Of a stretch of DNA of 64,000 nt, positions 12,784-26,222 are shown one piece after another. The DNA lies in contig OZ316894.1 of the NCBI GenBank assembly GCA_973895155.1, positions 23,682,709 through 23,746,708 of the forward strand. Reading direction: 5' to 3'. The notes below the pieces were generated by a model. That model was not told the origin of the DNA, did not search any database, and was given only the letters and a program-made list of their open reading frames with translations. A program made the translations under genes and the position numbers. Position 1 is the first letter of the stretch. Each line of letters begins with the position of its first letter. This DNA comes from Marsupella aquatica. Taxonomy: Eukaryota; Plantae; Marchantiophyta.

Positions 12784-13607
12784 AAAGGGGAGAGTTGTTG
12801 TAATGCAATCCCCTGAGACTCCTGTATATATGGTTGTCGCTTGTCTTGGTAATAAGACAAGATAGTATTTTGGCTTTTCATTTTTCATGTAATATAGTTT
12901 TCCAGTATGTTTTAGAAGTGATTTACTTATCTTTGGAGTCCTATAGCGAGGAGATTAAATATTGCTTTCTGTGATAATATTTTTGCCGTCTGGCAAGTAT
13001 ATTATCTTTCATTGCGGCCTTAGGCAACTTAATGCACCCACTTTTCAGTACAGTGAATTGACAACATGGGTCCATACTTCTTGTCTAGAAATTCTGTTCT
13101 CCCAGGGGTCTTGTACTGCTGTTTTAAGTACCCAGACACAAGTATGTGAAACATTCATTTGCTTCGTTTGCATTGAAGACAGGCCAATGCAACAAAACAA
13201 AATGCCAAGTTTTCCTTCAGAGACTTCAATGGGTACCGATGTAGCTGCCCCGGTCCAAGTCAGGGCTAAACAATACATCACATTTGAGTGGAAGTTCAGA
13301 ATGCGTTCCTTTCTCAGGTTTACTCCATGAACTGTCTTTTAACTTCTTTTATTTCAAAATGCTTATATCGCAAAAGGTGTAATATGTACATCAAACTTCT
13401 TTTATTTCAAAATGCATATATCGCAAAAGGTGTAATATGTACATCAAGAACAAAGATGGTAATATGTACATCAAGAACAATGATGGTGCGGGTACATCTG
13501 TCCCCCATCAGGCCTGCCTTGCAACAGAGACCCCAAAATTACTACGGCTGTGTAATATATGCTGAAGCAAATAAGCCTCTTGGTTCAAACAAAACCAATA
13601 AACGTTG

Positions 13608-13819
13608 TAGAATGGGCCAGCTATATTGTCTGGGTTTAGGGGTTCTGGGTTTAGGAGCTTGTAATTTATAGGTTGTAAATGAGTGGTTTGGGGTTTTGTC
13701 TTGTGACCTAAACATCTTAGAATGGGCCAGCCATATTGTCTGGGTTTAGGGGTTCTGGGTTTAGGAGCTTGTAATTTATAGGTTGTAAATGAGTGGTTTG
13801 GGGTTTTGTCTTGTGACCT
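13608..13819. repeat. 110-bp tandem duplication (2 copies) containing GGGTTTAGG motifs
   Basis: TAGAATGGGCCAG...GTCTTGTGACCT at 13608 and again at 13718. Confidence 0.9.
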
Positions 13820-16800
13820 CAGGTTGATGCGTGGGTCAACTCTGTGGTCACTGGCTGTGTAAAGTGTAAAGGGTAGTGAAAAGACATTGAGAGAGTTTAC
13901 TTGGCTGTAAATTGCGAATTAAAGGCCCTGTAAAATATATGTACATAAGTCATAAATTGGTATTTCTTGGACATGTTGGACATTGAGGGCCTGAGTACCT
14001 ACGTGACTTTGATTCAAAATATGGGTTTACTCGAGAGACTACTGGAAAATTGTTATTATAGGGTTACTGAACAGACAATACTGGAAAATTGACTTTGTAG
14101 TCAATAATGTTCAATCAGTGCTTGAGCTTGGTATACAATGACCAAAGTCAATCAATAATATTCTTGAGAAGGTAGAACAATGGCTATTTTGTACATCCCT
14201 ACCTGGTGAAAGTAAAACACTGCACTATTTTGTTTCTTAAGAAAGTAAACCAGGGACTCTTTTGCACTCCCCAAACCTGATGAAAGTAAAGCAATGCTCT
14301 ATTTTGTACTCAGGAGACAAGAGGCCTTTTGAGCTTAAGGAAATAATACAATGCACTATTTTGTACTCCCCTAACCTGGGAGAGTAAATCAGTGCACTAT
14401 TTTGTACTCTGGAACCTGGTGGAGAGTGGCTGTTTAAGACAAGAGGCCTTTTGACAAAAAGCTCAAAAGGACTACTGTAGGTGGTAAAAGCAACGGGAAG
14501 TCTGTAATTTTGTTACTCAGAGTCAACTTCTCATTCATGGTTTTAGCATTGTTCCCCAAATTTTTAAACTTCACACCTCCAGTGATATGTTGCTGCCAAT
14601 TCTTGGCCAGACCAATTGTGCATTGCCACATGGCATTGGACTAATCACGGGAACCTCAAGTTTGGTGCAGCAGTTCAGTTAACCCCATACCTGATGTGGG
14701 GGTCGAGATGACAATTATAATAGTTACAAGGACAGATTACAAACTCCGTAGAGGCTTACTCATCGTGCTCTTGCCATAATGTGCTGCTCGAGACAAGAGG
14801 TCTACTGTAATACGAGCATTGCGTGTCAAGTCAGTTATCCTGGCCGTACCTGTTGGATCAACTGGGGGACAAACAATGGTAAGTGCTTGCACGAATGAGC
14901 CAAAAGATTTTTGAAGCTGCTATATGGTGAATGCACATTTCAAATTTTGTCTTATTTAGATTTTTGTGTTATGTATTTTCATTTCAATCTGCCTTATCAA
15001 GGGGCAGCCTTTGTATTCTATACATTTTTAATTAATTTTTAGACCCCTTTAGTTTTAGGTATTCTAGAGTGTTTTGAACTTATTTTGGCAGCCCCCTTTC
15101 ACACTATGTGTTTTCTTAGATATGAAACCAAAGGCTCCACCACCACGAGTGAGAGAAATGATGCTGAAGAACATGAATGCATAACCTCTTAAGTTCTCCT
15201 CATGTTTTTCTTTCCTAGGTTTATGGTTTTTATTGAAAGGAGTGTCATTCATACGGCACCCTGAGTTAAGTGCACACATCGTAGCATCGTTTGACTGTAC
15301 CTTTTCTTGGTCACTGTGCTTTTCTTGGCAGACACTTTATTTATATAACAGCACTTCTATGCTCTCATATTTTATTTACTTTCAGATCACTACAAGACAA
15401 AAAATAAAGCATGTTCCAAGATGAGCATGCTATATGGTAAGTGCTTGCATGAATGAGCCAAAATTGGGGACCTCAAACTAACTACAGCATTTTGTTAACC
15501 CCGTACCCGATATGGAGGTCAAGATGCCAATAAAATAGTTTGGACGGCAGGCTACAAATTTGAATCAATTGGGGACAAAAATGGTAAGTGCAAATCCCTC
15601 GGGAAATCCCTGCATGAATGAGCCAAAGTTTGCAAATGTCTAGACCACATCTGGAGATGCATAAAATATAGACAAAAGCACTCCACATCAGCATTTTGGC
15701 CCACTGCTTGCCATGTAGGATAAGTAGACACCGCGTCTGAATGGGGACTGGAGTTATGCTAAAGTCAACTAGAACCATTCCACTCATTCTATGGTCCAGA
15801 TTTAATCTCAAGAGAATAAGTAGGAACAGGGCCCGTGTGGTGTAAAGCCACCCTAGTAAGAGCCAGTTTTAAAAAATTGTTTCTTTGTCTCGTTTGAAAC
15901 CGACAATCTATGATCAGTTTTAGCCCCCACACTATTTATTTATATGTCTCCACATGCATTGGCCTTCGTTCATTCCTTAAGGAGGAGTTTGAACTGGTGT
16001 CACCTTTCCCAATGAAACTTTCCCTCTTCATTGCTAAAAAGATGGAGAAGTTTGAACTGGTGTCACCTTTCCCAATGACACTTTCCCTCTCTCTTGCTGA
16101 AAAGGATATGCATGTGTCTAAGTTGTAGATTGACAGTAGTGTAGCCTAGTGGTGACTAGGTTCAAGCAAACAATGATTAACTAAAAAACAATTGGCGCCC
16201 AAAAACAGTGGGCTGGAAAAATATGGGGCCATTACAAGAAATGGGGATGCAATTAAATTCGAGACAACATCTTGAAAAACGTCTTATGAGGCAAAAGGCG
16301 AAGTGCCCTGGAAAACGTGGGTTTTTAAAAAATAGCACATGTTTTGGCTAGTTGTTAACAAAATAATGGGAAAAATAGACTCAGAAAGCTTTTTGGTTGA
16401 GAATGCTTTCAGGGAATGTTTTCAGCAACCCTCTCTCTTGCTGACTGGATGGATGCACTGAAAGCCTTTTGGTTGAGATTGTTTTTAACAGCCCTCTCTC
16501 TTGCTGACAGGATGGATGCACTGTGTTGAAGTTGTAAAATTGACACTAGCGTGCTTAGGAGTAACTAGATTGATAAAAGAGTTTGGTTGGGAAAAAAATA
16601 AACGGCTACTCATGAAATCAATTCCACCCACAACAACAGTCTGAAAAGAATTATAGGAGGCAACTTTCCCGCCATTTCTGTTGGCTAGGTCTCAGCAGAC
16701 CACTGGGAAAATAGACTGATGAACCTTTTTGGCTAGGAATTTTTTGTAATGGCCAGAGGCGTATTCTGGAAGCAAGTTGAAATATGCTCATTATCAAAGG

Positions 16801-19086
16801 TCATGAAGTTATTTGATGGACCCATGAGTGATCCAGACCATTGATAGATTTGAATTATCAAATTATGCACCCAAGATCACAAGGTCCCATCAAACAACAC
16901 TTCATTTTTAGGATCCATAAACAAACAGTTTGAAGTTAAGACTAGGGTAGTAGAGTCTCCCACAAAGTACAATGTGATCCACACTCACCTAACGGTCAAA
17001 TTGTCAGGGAGTGTTGGAATGTGTGCTACTGTATTCGCTGCTTCAGTCATTGAACAGCAACATTCTCTCTCTCTCGTGCTGTGCTCCATCTCATTTTCCC
17101 ATATGAATGTTTTATATGGCAAAGTTTTCGATGTACAGGAGATTCCAAGAAACGATCGCCCACAGTTAAATGTACTGCATCGATGAATGAGATTTCTGAG
17201 CAATAGATCTAGAGTTTGATTCGTGTTTTATGAGGCTTTGCATTTCTCTATGTGAACTAGGGAACAGAGTTTTGAACGGGAGTTGTATTTTGATGGGCTT
17301 TACATTTCTCTATTTTGAATGGAAACCTAATTCCCAGCCAATTCCTTTGGAGGAGTTCCCCGCCCCTCGCACTCCAATTTGCACATCTGAAAATTCTAAA
17401 CTCCAGAGTTTTAGAAGTACAGAAAAGTCCTCGAAACGGATTTCCCATAGTTGAATATACTCCATGAATGAATAGGATTTCTAGGGACAGATTTAGGTTT
17501 TGATTCGTCTTTCATGAGCGTTGCATTTGACCTAGGGAGCAGATTTTCAACTGAGTTATACTTTCATCGGCGTTGCATTTCTCTTGTGCACATATGATTA
17601 TAGACATAAAAGTGTCGTTACAGTTTTGACGATCTGACTGAATGGAGGAAAAGGTAGGTGATACGATTGGCGAGGGATAGAACGACGAGGGCTGATGAAC
17701 ATGTGCTGAAGGACATTACTCACGCGTGCATGAGTTACCTTCATTATCTAGATAAATTGGAAACGTCTGACTAATGGACTGGCTTGGTGAAGACTTGATA
17801 TTTTCGAAGTCCCTTCTTATCAATTTTCCGCAGGAAGGAATCACATGTCAGTTTGGGCACCTGAGATTTTTTACACAAGGCGCAAGTTACGCTCAGATCA
17901 ACATTAATAGATTGCTTCGGGTTTGCTAGGTTCTGATTTGGAGTCCCTTCGCAAGTCCAAAAAGGCTCCAACATGAAATGCTGAACACTACCTAGAGAAA
18001 TAATAGACAAGGATAAAATTTTGGGCGTGCTGAGCTTCCTAAGTTAGCCATCATTTGGTGGACCTGCACCGTGTTCCCTTGAGATTTCCTGCATGTACTC
18101 TGCCTCGCAGTGGCCACTGTGGGCAAGAAGATGAACCATGCATTAGGGGTAGAAGGAGATGGAGTGTCACACCAAACTGCGTTTGGTGGGTGTATCCTTA
18201 TACCAGCGAGGATCCCACATTCTGGAGACTCACTCTTGCACGACACAACCGAGTATCCAACTTACACCTCTTTGTACATGACCTAACCTTGACACGTCAA
18301 ACATCAAAGTCTGGATTATACTCGTGCTTGGAATCTTCAATCATGTCTCCAGGAGTATCCACCCGCAACGCATACAAAACCTTTAGATACTGACGCCAAA
18401 TTTCATGTTCGGGTTTATCACATTCAAATGAACACCAAGCCACAGTAGAAACTGGATTCAAGTTCAGAGCTTGAAAGGTGGGAGACAATTGGTGCCTTTA
18501 TTGACATGAACGAAAGGGAACACTGGCTCCTACGTGAAAAGCGAACATTCACAATCCCATTTTATTCAGCTTCACGAAAATATTTGTGCGTAAGTTTTAA
18601 ATGCTTCAGAGAAAGCTACTCTCGCATGTGGATGAATTCGTCATGACATCACATCCCTTGCCTGGAACAGCCAAGATAAATTCGTGACTCAAACCTCATC
18701 CTGTAGCCTACACATCGTAGATAACTGCTGAGAAATGTCATTTTGTGGGCAGTCCAGTATATAATGCTTTCCAACGCTCCTGCAGAGTACTTAAACCTTC
18801 TGCAGCGCAGTTAACAAAACGAAGAACGGCCCCTCTCCTTTGGTTGGAGAGGAACCGAGCAATATGTTTCTATTTTGCTTCTAGAACAGTCCTACATGTA
18901 AACGAATTATGAGTCGACATTTCGAGCACCATGCATCTATCTACCCATAGATAATCCTATGGAACCCAGACACGTGCAAAATTGAAATCTCTACCGTTAG
19001 CAAAGACTGACTCATAGGATAGAGTGTGGTACTGATCATCATCTAATAAATCGAGCGACAATGCAACTAATAGATACTGCCGTACT

Positions 19087-22000
19087 TCAACTTTGTCTCA
19101 CAGATATAGAATCTTTCCGTGGATCAGCACCAACCACCAGTACTAGTACTTCACTGCCTACCGCGGGCGTTGTAGGAAGAACAACACTGCAGCGAAAACC
19201 CACCTGTTCAAGTACGAAAAACGCATGACTAATTGCAGGCAATAATCGCACTCTTAGACTTCCAGCACTCTTCCACAAAATGACGACTGATATACTAAGT
19301 GCACCTGAAATTGTTGAGTTTGGTCAGACAGTTATAGCCTTGGTCTTACTATAGCCTTTGAATTACCCTCAGATTTAAGTATCTCTTCAAGTTAGAGAAT
19401 CGCTAAACAAGCATTTTTTATGTCTACATAGATCGGCTCAAGATCACGAGCTCATTCAATGACCCGGGAAGAGAACCAACCTCAAGAAGCAGAACAGACA
19501 CTTCTCCACCTTTTTTGCATTGTAGAACAACCGCTGGGTATTCCCTATCCCTTGGCTGCCTTCGTAAATACTCAATTGTCCAGTATCGTACAGATGACGT
19601 TTGCAATTTTCGAGCATCTTTCGATCGGATGTTTGCCATTGCCATTTTGGCCTCCACATTGCCAGCAGAGAAGGGAGGCACATCTCGTCGCATAAGAGCT
19701 TTGACCTGGGTAAGATTGTAAGAAGACACCTGGATCAGACGCGTATATTCCCTCGATAGAATTACCAAGAAAGATTGTCTTTGCCTTCCGTCAGAAAGAT
19801 ACATCGAGATTAATACAGCTGCAAAGAAATCTACCCCAATTACCTGCAATGTGTATTTCTAAACATTGATAAGATACATGGTCATACAAATGTCGATGCG
19901 AGCAGTTATCTCTAAGTAGACAGATACAATCTTGACCAGGGAAGTTTAAACCAAATCCTGTGACATCCAGAGGTTGTATGTAAATTCAGCTACCTGTGCG
20001 TAAATCATCCTACACTAGAATTACAGGTAAGGAAAAACTGTGGTCAATGACAAGACCTGATAGTGACTTATAAGGTCAGAAAACCGTCGAATAGGAGACG
20101 TGAATTGGACATAGCCAAGAAGTCCCAAGGACGCATGAGGTATTGGCTTGGTGAAGCTCATATCTGCACTTCCCAATAGGCGGCGCATTGCAAATGCTCG
20201 GCATAGGCCGTCTGGGATATTTTCTATAAGACGTTTTGGAAAGTCTGTTTGAGCTTGACCTCGGTAGGGTAAACATAGATTATTCTCTTCACCAACTATA
20301 GATATAGCCTCCCCGCAGAGGATCATCATTTCTGCAACGAGCTGCATTGCTGGGATTGATTGATCCCTGACATCCAAAGTTATGGACGGCTCTATTGAAT
20401 CAGGATCTTTAACCTTAATTTCTGGCTCAGGGATGTTAGTCAGAACAGCACCCTGCAAGAGAACAGACTAATTTAGAATGCTAACAAAAGCAAACTACAT
20501 GTAAAACCAGAGATATAGAAAACAACGACGGACAGACAAGAGCTAAATGCAGTACAAAAGTAAAACAGGAAATCAGACGAAGAGGCAAAGCTAGTGCAAC
20601 ACCATTTGTCGTATACCAACGTGCAAATTCGTCACAAAACCTGGACTCGGAGCAGAGAAAAACCTGACTGGCACGCCACTTGGCACGGCAATTTGCTGCT
20701 TCAGCAAGTAAGTAAAGCTCCGGCTCCTCTTCGATATGCATCAGAAGTAACTCAGTAACGTTGTCGTACGACAGTTTGTATGTTGGAAATATTGTGGAGT
20801 TCATCACAGAGTATTCTGCAATGCTTTTTCATACCAATCAAAAAGCGTTAGATAAATTTTCACCAATGAGGCAATTCAATTCGCCAACTTTCAGCTCAAG
20901 GGCAAATCTAATGAGGTCATGAAGAGGGACTTGAAGCTACCTGCCCTCGTCGTTGAGAACAATAGCTACGGTTACCGCACAGCAATTTTGCCCCCGCCGA
21001 AGGCTCATTTGGCCAGCAGCTAGCTCGATTGGAAACATTGGTATGGTTCCTGTTGGTAGATAGATGGACGTCCCTCTAGATTCCGCTTCCCTGAATATAT
21101 ACAACATTACTTCTTATTACAATGTGACTATTGCACCGTACTGCGAAGGAAGTGTCAAGAAATCTATCATGCAACATTGAACATAATAATTCGAGATTAC
21201 AGTCCGATATTTGATAGATTCTGCACAAACAGCATTTTGACATAGAATCTTCTTCGCAGACTAATTCACTTTTTTAGGTATAAGAAAGTTCCAGACATTC
21301 GCGCTGACGACCACTCACAACACTTGGGCTCAAAATCTGTAACTTTTCACGGCAGTTCAAATATTTGACAATAAGGCAAGTAGTACTAAGGTAGGGAAAG
21401 GGACCCACAGAGACCAGCAGCTAAATAGAGCCCTTGAAATGCTCAATGGTCCGTTTAGAGCCATCAAAATCAGCTTCATAATACTAGCCAAGGATAGAGT
21501 AGTACAATAGCCGCTAAACCACTCCAAACCAACACATACACTACTTTCGATGTAAATGAGTAACCCCTCAAACATCCCAGCTCCCCAGTCAAGATGCTGA
21601 TGCACACCTAGTGAGTAGATGATTTTGCTGTAGCCAGCGAGTAGGATCAGCAACATGAATCCAGACTTTTATTCGGCCATCGGGAAGCCTTTCTGCACTG
21701 AGACCGTCGTCGATCTGCAACCAACCAATGGCCACAATGCTGAAGAAGACGACATTTCAACCAGAAAAGACAAAATGTGACTCTTGTGACATTGCAGGTT
21801 TTGAACTTCAGTAAGGAAATGTAAAACAGCAGCCCTTTCTGTTCGGCAAAAACACTCTGACAGCCAGTCCAATTTCCAAGACTCTAGCGTTGTACAAAGT
21901 CCACACTGCATGCTCAGTTCTCTGCTAAGACCATGTGTCATTACCTCATCTGTATCGTCCGAGTCGATGGTGTAGACTTTCATTGCTGTTAAGTCCACAC

Positions 22001-25000
22001 GATTGTCCTGCCAGTACAAAAAGTCAGCTAAGAAGATTGGTCACCCAAATGTATAATTGTCCGAACCAGAAAAAAACGTAGGAATATAGTAAGAAGATAT
22101 CATATGCGCGAGAAGTTACTTACCACATCTGGGTCAATTGGAGGAGTTTCACACAATTGCTCTACAGCTGCAATGTGCTCCGTGGCAAACTCCACCAGGT
22201 TCGTCATCTTTAAAAGGTCAACATTGACGTGGAGAGGAAATACACCCATCCCGATCAAAAGATTGACAGCAACTGCAGGATGCTTCGGGAGGCCCATGAT
22301 GTCAATCACCTGTATTCCCCACATGAGTCAACCTTAGTATAGCTGACTGCCATAGACAAGAACAGTTGAAGCTATTGACAATACATCTGCCTTCCCAAAC
22401 TTTGCTGCTATCTTCTCGGCTGAAGGATTTCCACTGAGTTCTGATGGAACGTTCCTGTGCCGGAGAAGATTATCTTTCTAGCAATTTCGCAAACTGAAGA
22501 GGAATGAATACAAAGGATATGCATACCTCCTCTGCAGACTTCTTTTGAGCTGGACCTGGACGTGGACTCAACGCGTAGGCTTTTAGCGACTCAGTACGAT
22601 CGTGGAAACTGTCTTCATGCCATCTACTCTCAGCAGGTTTGTCGTGCTGAGGACACTTGAGCGACAATTTTATTGCCTTCACATATGAGACTAACTGTTC
22701 ATGGGCCTTCTCTTCTGCTAACCGCTTCTGCTCCAGCTCCCGCACCTTTTGAAAATTTGAAGAATAACAGACTTGAGTTGGAACGCCTTAGATGAATCAT
22801 CCAAGAAGCAAGAATATAGTCATCAGCTTAAAAACCTTATGAAAACTGTCATGAAGCATTTTGGAAATGTCTGCACTAGAAAAAAACCTTTCTACATCTG
22901 TGTTCTTTTTCCGTTTTCTTGTTTGCAGAGAAAGAACCTATAACGGAGAAGACTGGTTAGCTGTTCAACCTGAGGAGGAGTGCGAGGCTCATAAACTGGA
23001 GTAAGACCTTTCTGCTTGCATCGAAAAAATAGTTGATTGCCAGACAACATTCGGTGCACACTATAGCACTCTACTGGAAAGTCTTGCGAGTATAGGATCT
23101 GCAAAGCATTAATATCAGCAACGACGATAATTCCAAAATGCTCATCTCAAAGATTTGACAATAAAAAAAAGAATTTGATAGTTTGTGACAACACTTGCAT
23201 TCAGCATGCAATCAGACATGTAAACTTTGAACGGAAGCTATCGACGAAGTCAAAAGAGATCAAACAAAGCAATATAATTCTGACTGCGAACGCTAGTTAC
23301 ACTTTTTGGTCGAACAGAAAATACATGCTAATTAAACTTTTTGGTTGGAGAGAAAATACGGAGGGCATTCATAGATTCCAAAACACCGTAGCTACTGGGG
23401 AGGAAGCATCCTCTAATAATGTACCTTAGCGAGACTTTCAGCCTGGACCTGGGTCACCTGCTCTGACAAGACTTCCTCCCACGCAAATTCTAAAAGCCCA
23501 AGGTCCTGTGGACATATTCCACAACAATTCACATCAATGATAGACAAAAGTTTGGGTTGCATGCCATATGCTGGATATTATACCGCTCTGAAGCACTTCC
23601 GAGTCCCAATTCTGTAAAACCATCTTATCACATATAATTCCCATACGTATATACGACCAGATGTTTAAATATCCTTTGCACGTTAGAAATGATTGCAAAA
23701 AATCAACTCCTTACCCGCGTCTGGATATGACAAGGAAAACGACGAGAGGAATCTCTGAAGCAGAGATGTGGATTGTACCTGGAGATTCTCAACCTGGCCC
23801 AAGAACTTTGCAATGTTACATGGTTCAAAGTCGTCGGGGTTTGGTACGAGAAAAGTGATTTGAGCGGGTCTGATGATATGTGTGTTCCCACTCTGTAACG
23901 ATACAACGCCAAAGACTGATTCATTAGAGGAGAGCAACAGCTTCACCAACCAGACCGCACGTATTGCAGACATCATGCACAAAATTCTTCAGCTAAAATG
24001 TGATGGATTGTGAGAATAATTGACGGTCCTCGACACTCTTCTTTAGACACTTTACATGAAACTCCCTTTGCTTATTGCTTGCCCAATACATAGTCTCTCC
24101 TGTAATTTCGTGTGCAACATCTTGTTGAGATCCAGTCCACAGGCTCAATCACGTCATTCTGCTCTGTAAAGTCCCAAATTTATAAGGAGAGCCGAGCCCA
24201 ACGGTTTAACAGCTTGACCTGGGCAAAAAGTTTGCTATGGATAATTTGGACATACAAACTGACCCGACCTGATCAATGGCAGTCCAATTCTTCTTGCCCT
24301 CCTTACTCTGTGCTACTGCAAGGAGAATTTTCCCACCCTCCCTCTCGAACTCCACCAGGGCTCCTTTCCTGAGAACCGCTTCAGAAACTCTGTTTGCCAC
24401 AGCTGCATCCGTATGGCTAGTTGCGGAGTGGAACCTGAACATGCCCATACCATGACACAGAATACTCAATATCTGAGAGCAAAGCAGAAGGGCCACCGGC
24501 AGAGCTGATTACTCTGAAGTATCGTCTGACGCCAAAAGTCTCATCTATGCCCAGCATTCTTAAATAGATTTGTTCGAGCCAAGGCTTCCAGTCCTACTGT
24601 CCTTCGTGCTTCCAAATTCCAACTGGATGAGCGGCGCTTACAGCTACCTCAGAACACGACACGAAATTTGCATAGAAACAAATGTAAGAGGTGAGTTAAA
24701 CCTCCGTTTCTGGATATTCTTTTTTCTAACCAAGTGAAAAAAATAGAATTTCGCACCTCTTTGGACGTTGCGATCCATAGATGATGCTTCCTCCATTCCA
24801 GCCGCTTGAAAGCGATACATAATCGTCCTTTCTCTCTCGTCTTTTCCATCCAAAACTAACCTGGCCATTGGCACCTGAAGATTGAATTTTAAAAGAGCTA
24901 AATCTCCCCCTGACTCTAGTACATCCATGGCATTCCCCTACAGTATTCAAGCTGCAGACAATTGGAGAGCCTGCTACTGCCCCACCATCAAACCCCGACG

Positions 25001-25451
25001 CCAACGATCCTGCACACCTTGCGCTTAACCCTGCCGCATTGCCACCGCTGCTGCTAAAACTGCTAGAGCTATCGTCCAAATTCCTGACACGAGCTTTGAA
25101 TGACAAATGCTCATAATTTGCAACTCCTGATCTTTGCCGCTGCGCAGAACCTGCGGTCCTGCCAGATTCCTCAAAAGCTGCAGCGACAGTAGCTCTCCAG
25201 GCGGCACGTCCGCCACACCGCCTTAAATTCGATAACATCTTCGCATTATTGGCAAGCCCTCCCTTCTCCTGCTGGTGCTGTTGACGATGATGATGATGAC
25301 TCCTCTTCCTCTGGCGAAACCCGAATGCCTCCTCCTTTCTTACCCGAGATACAACACGGCTACCACCACCGCCATGACCGAGTGAAGCAGTACCAACAGA
25401 AGCAGAACGAGGAGCAGCAGGAAGGGAAGGTCGAAGTGCCACCAATGGCAT
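19087..25451 (-). CDS. Ribonuclease II (RNB-domain 3'-5' exoribonuclease), chloroplast/mitochondrial type, ~14 exons
   Basis: GT-AG-bounded exons at approx. 24757-25451, 24269-24433, 23779-23892, 23425-23505, 22969-23098, 22526-22746, 22126-22309, 21945-22007, 21608-21714, 20941-21090, 20665-20822, 20057-20452, 19480-19704 and 19087-19203. Motifs: TIDSDDTDE|IDDGLS (catalytic acidic cluster), WIHVADPT, RGTSIYLPTG, LVAEMMILCGEA and HASLGLLGYVQFTSPIRRFSDL. The long Ser/Arg/Ala-rich N-terminus resembles a transit peptide. Confidence 0.93.
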
Positions 25452-25880
25452 CGCGAAAACAAATGTCTGCCGTCAAGGCAGCAGCAGCAGCAGCAACAGC
25501 CGTGACGCGAGGATGCTCCGCTCCAGCAGAGCACCAAGCAAGCAAGCAAGCAGCTAGATCATCAAGAATGCGCTGCCGTCCTCCTGTATTCACTCACATC
25601 TTCATAGATTCACACCGTTCTCGCGCAGCTTCGAGAGCAATAAAAGCACCACAATACAAACCGCATCGCGGAAACAAATGTCTGCCATCACGGCAGTAGA
25701 GCAGCTTCCGCGAGGTATGAACGAATGCATGAATGCGCCGTCGTGGTTTGTGGAATCACACCATTCTCGAGCTGCTTCGAAATCACGGAGTTGTAGATTG
25801 CAATGTACTGAAATGGAAGTTGGATCCAGCAAAACCCCCAAAACCTCACTCTCTACACTACAGGAAGTTTGAAGTTTGTA

Positions 25881-26222
25881 GGGGGAACGAAGATACCCAG
25901 ATGGACGGCGCTCGTGAACCCTACAACCTCCATGAACCGTGACACCCTTTTACACTCTGTTCAGTATGAGACTGAAGCTTCAATGGACCTCCACGGGGGA
26001 ACGAAGATACCCAGATGGATGGCGCTCGTGAACCCTACAACCTCCATGAACCGTGACACCCTTTTACACTCTGTTCAGTATGAGACTGAAGCTTCAATGG
26101 ACCTCCACGGGGGAACGAAGATACCCAGATGGATGGCGCTCGTGAACCCTACAACCTCCATGAACCGTGACACCCTTTTACACTCTGTTTAGTATGAGAC
26201 TGAAGCTTCAATGGACCTCCAC
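25881..26222. repeat. 114-bp tandem repeat, 3 near-perfect copies, with degenerate partial copies at ~26250-26320 and ~26630-26690
   Basis: GGGGGAACGAAGATACCCAGATGG... starts at 25881, 25995 and 26109. Confidence 0.95.

Noticed and set aside
16135-16170. tRNA-like A-box (TAGCCTAGTGG) and B-box (GGTTCAAGC)
   Set aside because: The boxes are only ~5 nt apart and no cloverleaf can form.
25869-26192. 107-aa ORF with 38-aa repeats; also considered as a CRISPR-like array
   Set aside because: It is a by-product of the 114-bp tandem repeat with a non-ATG start. The units are identical throughout, with no unique spacers and no cas genes.
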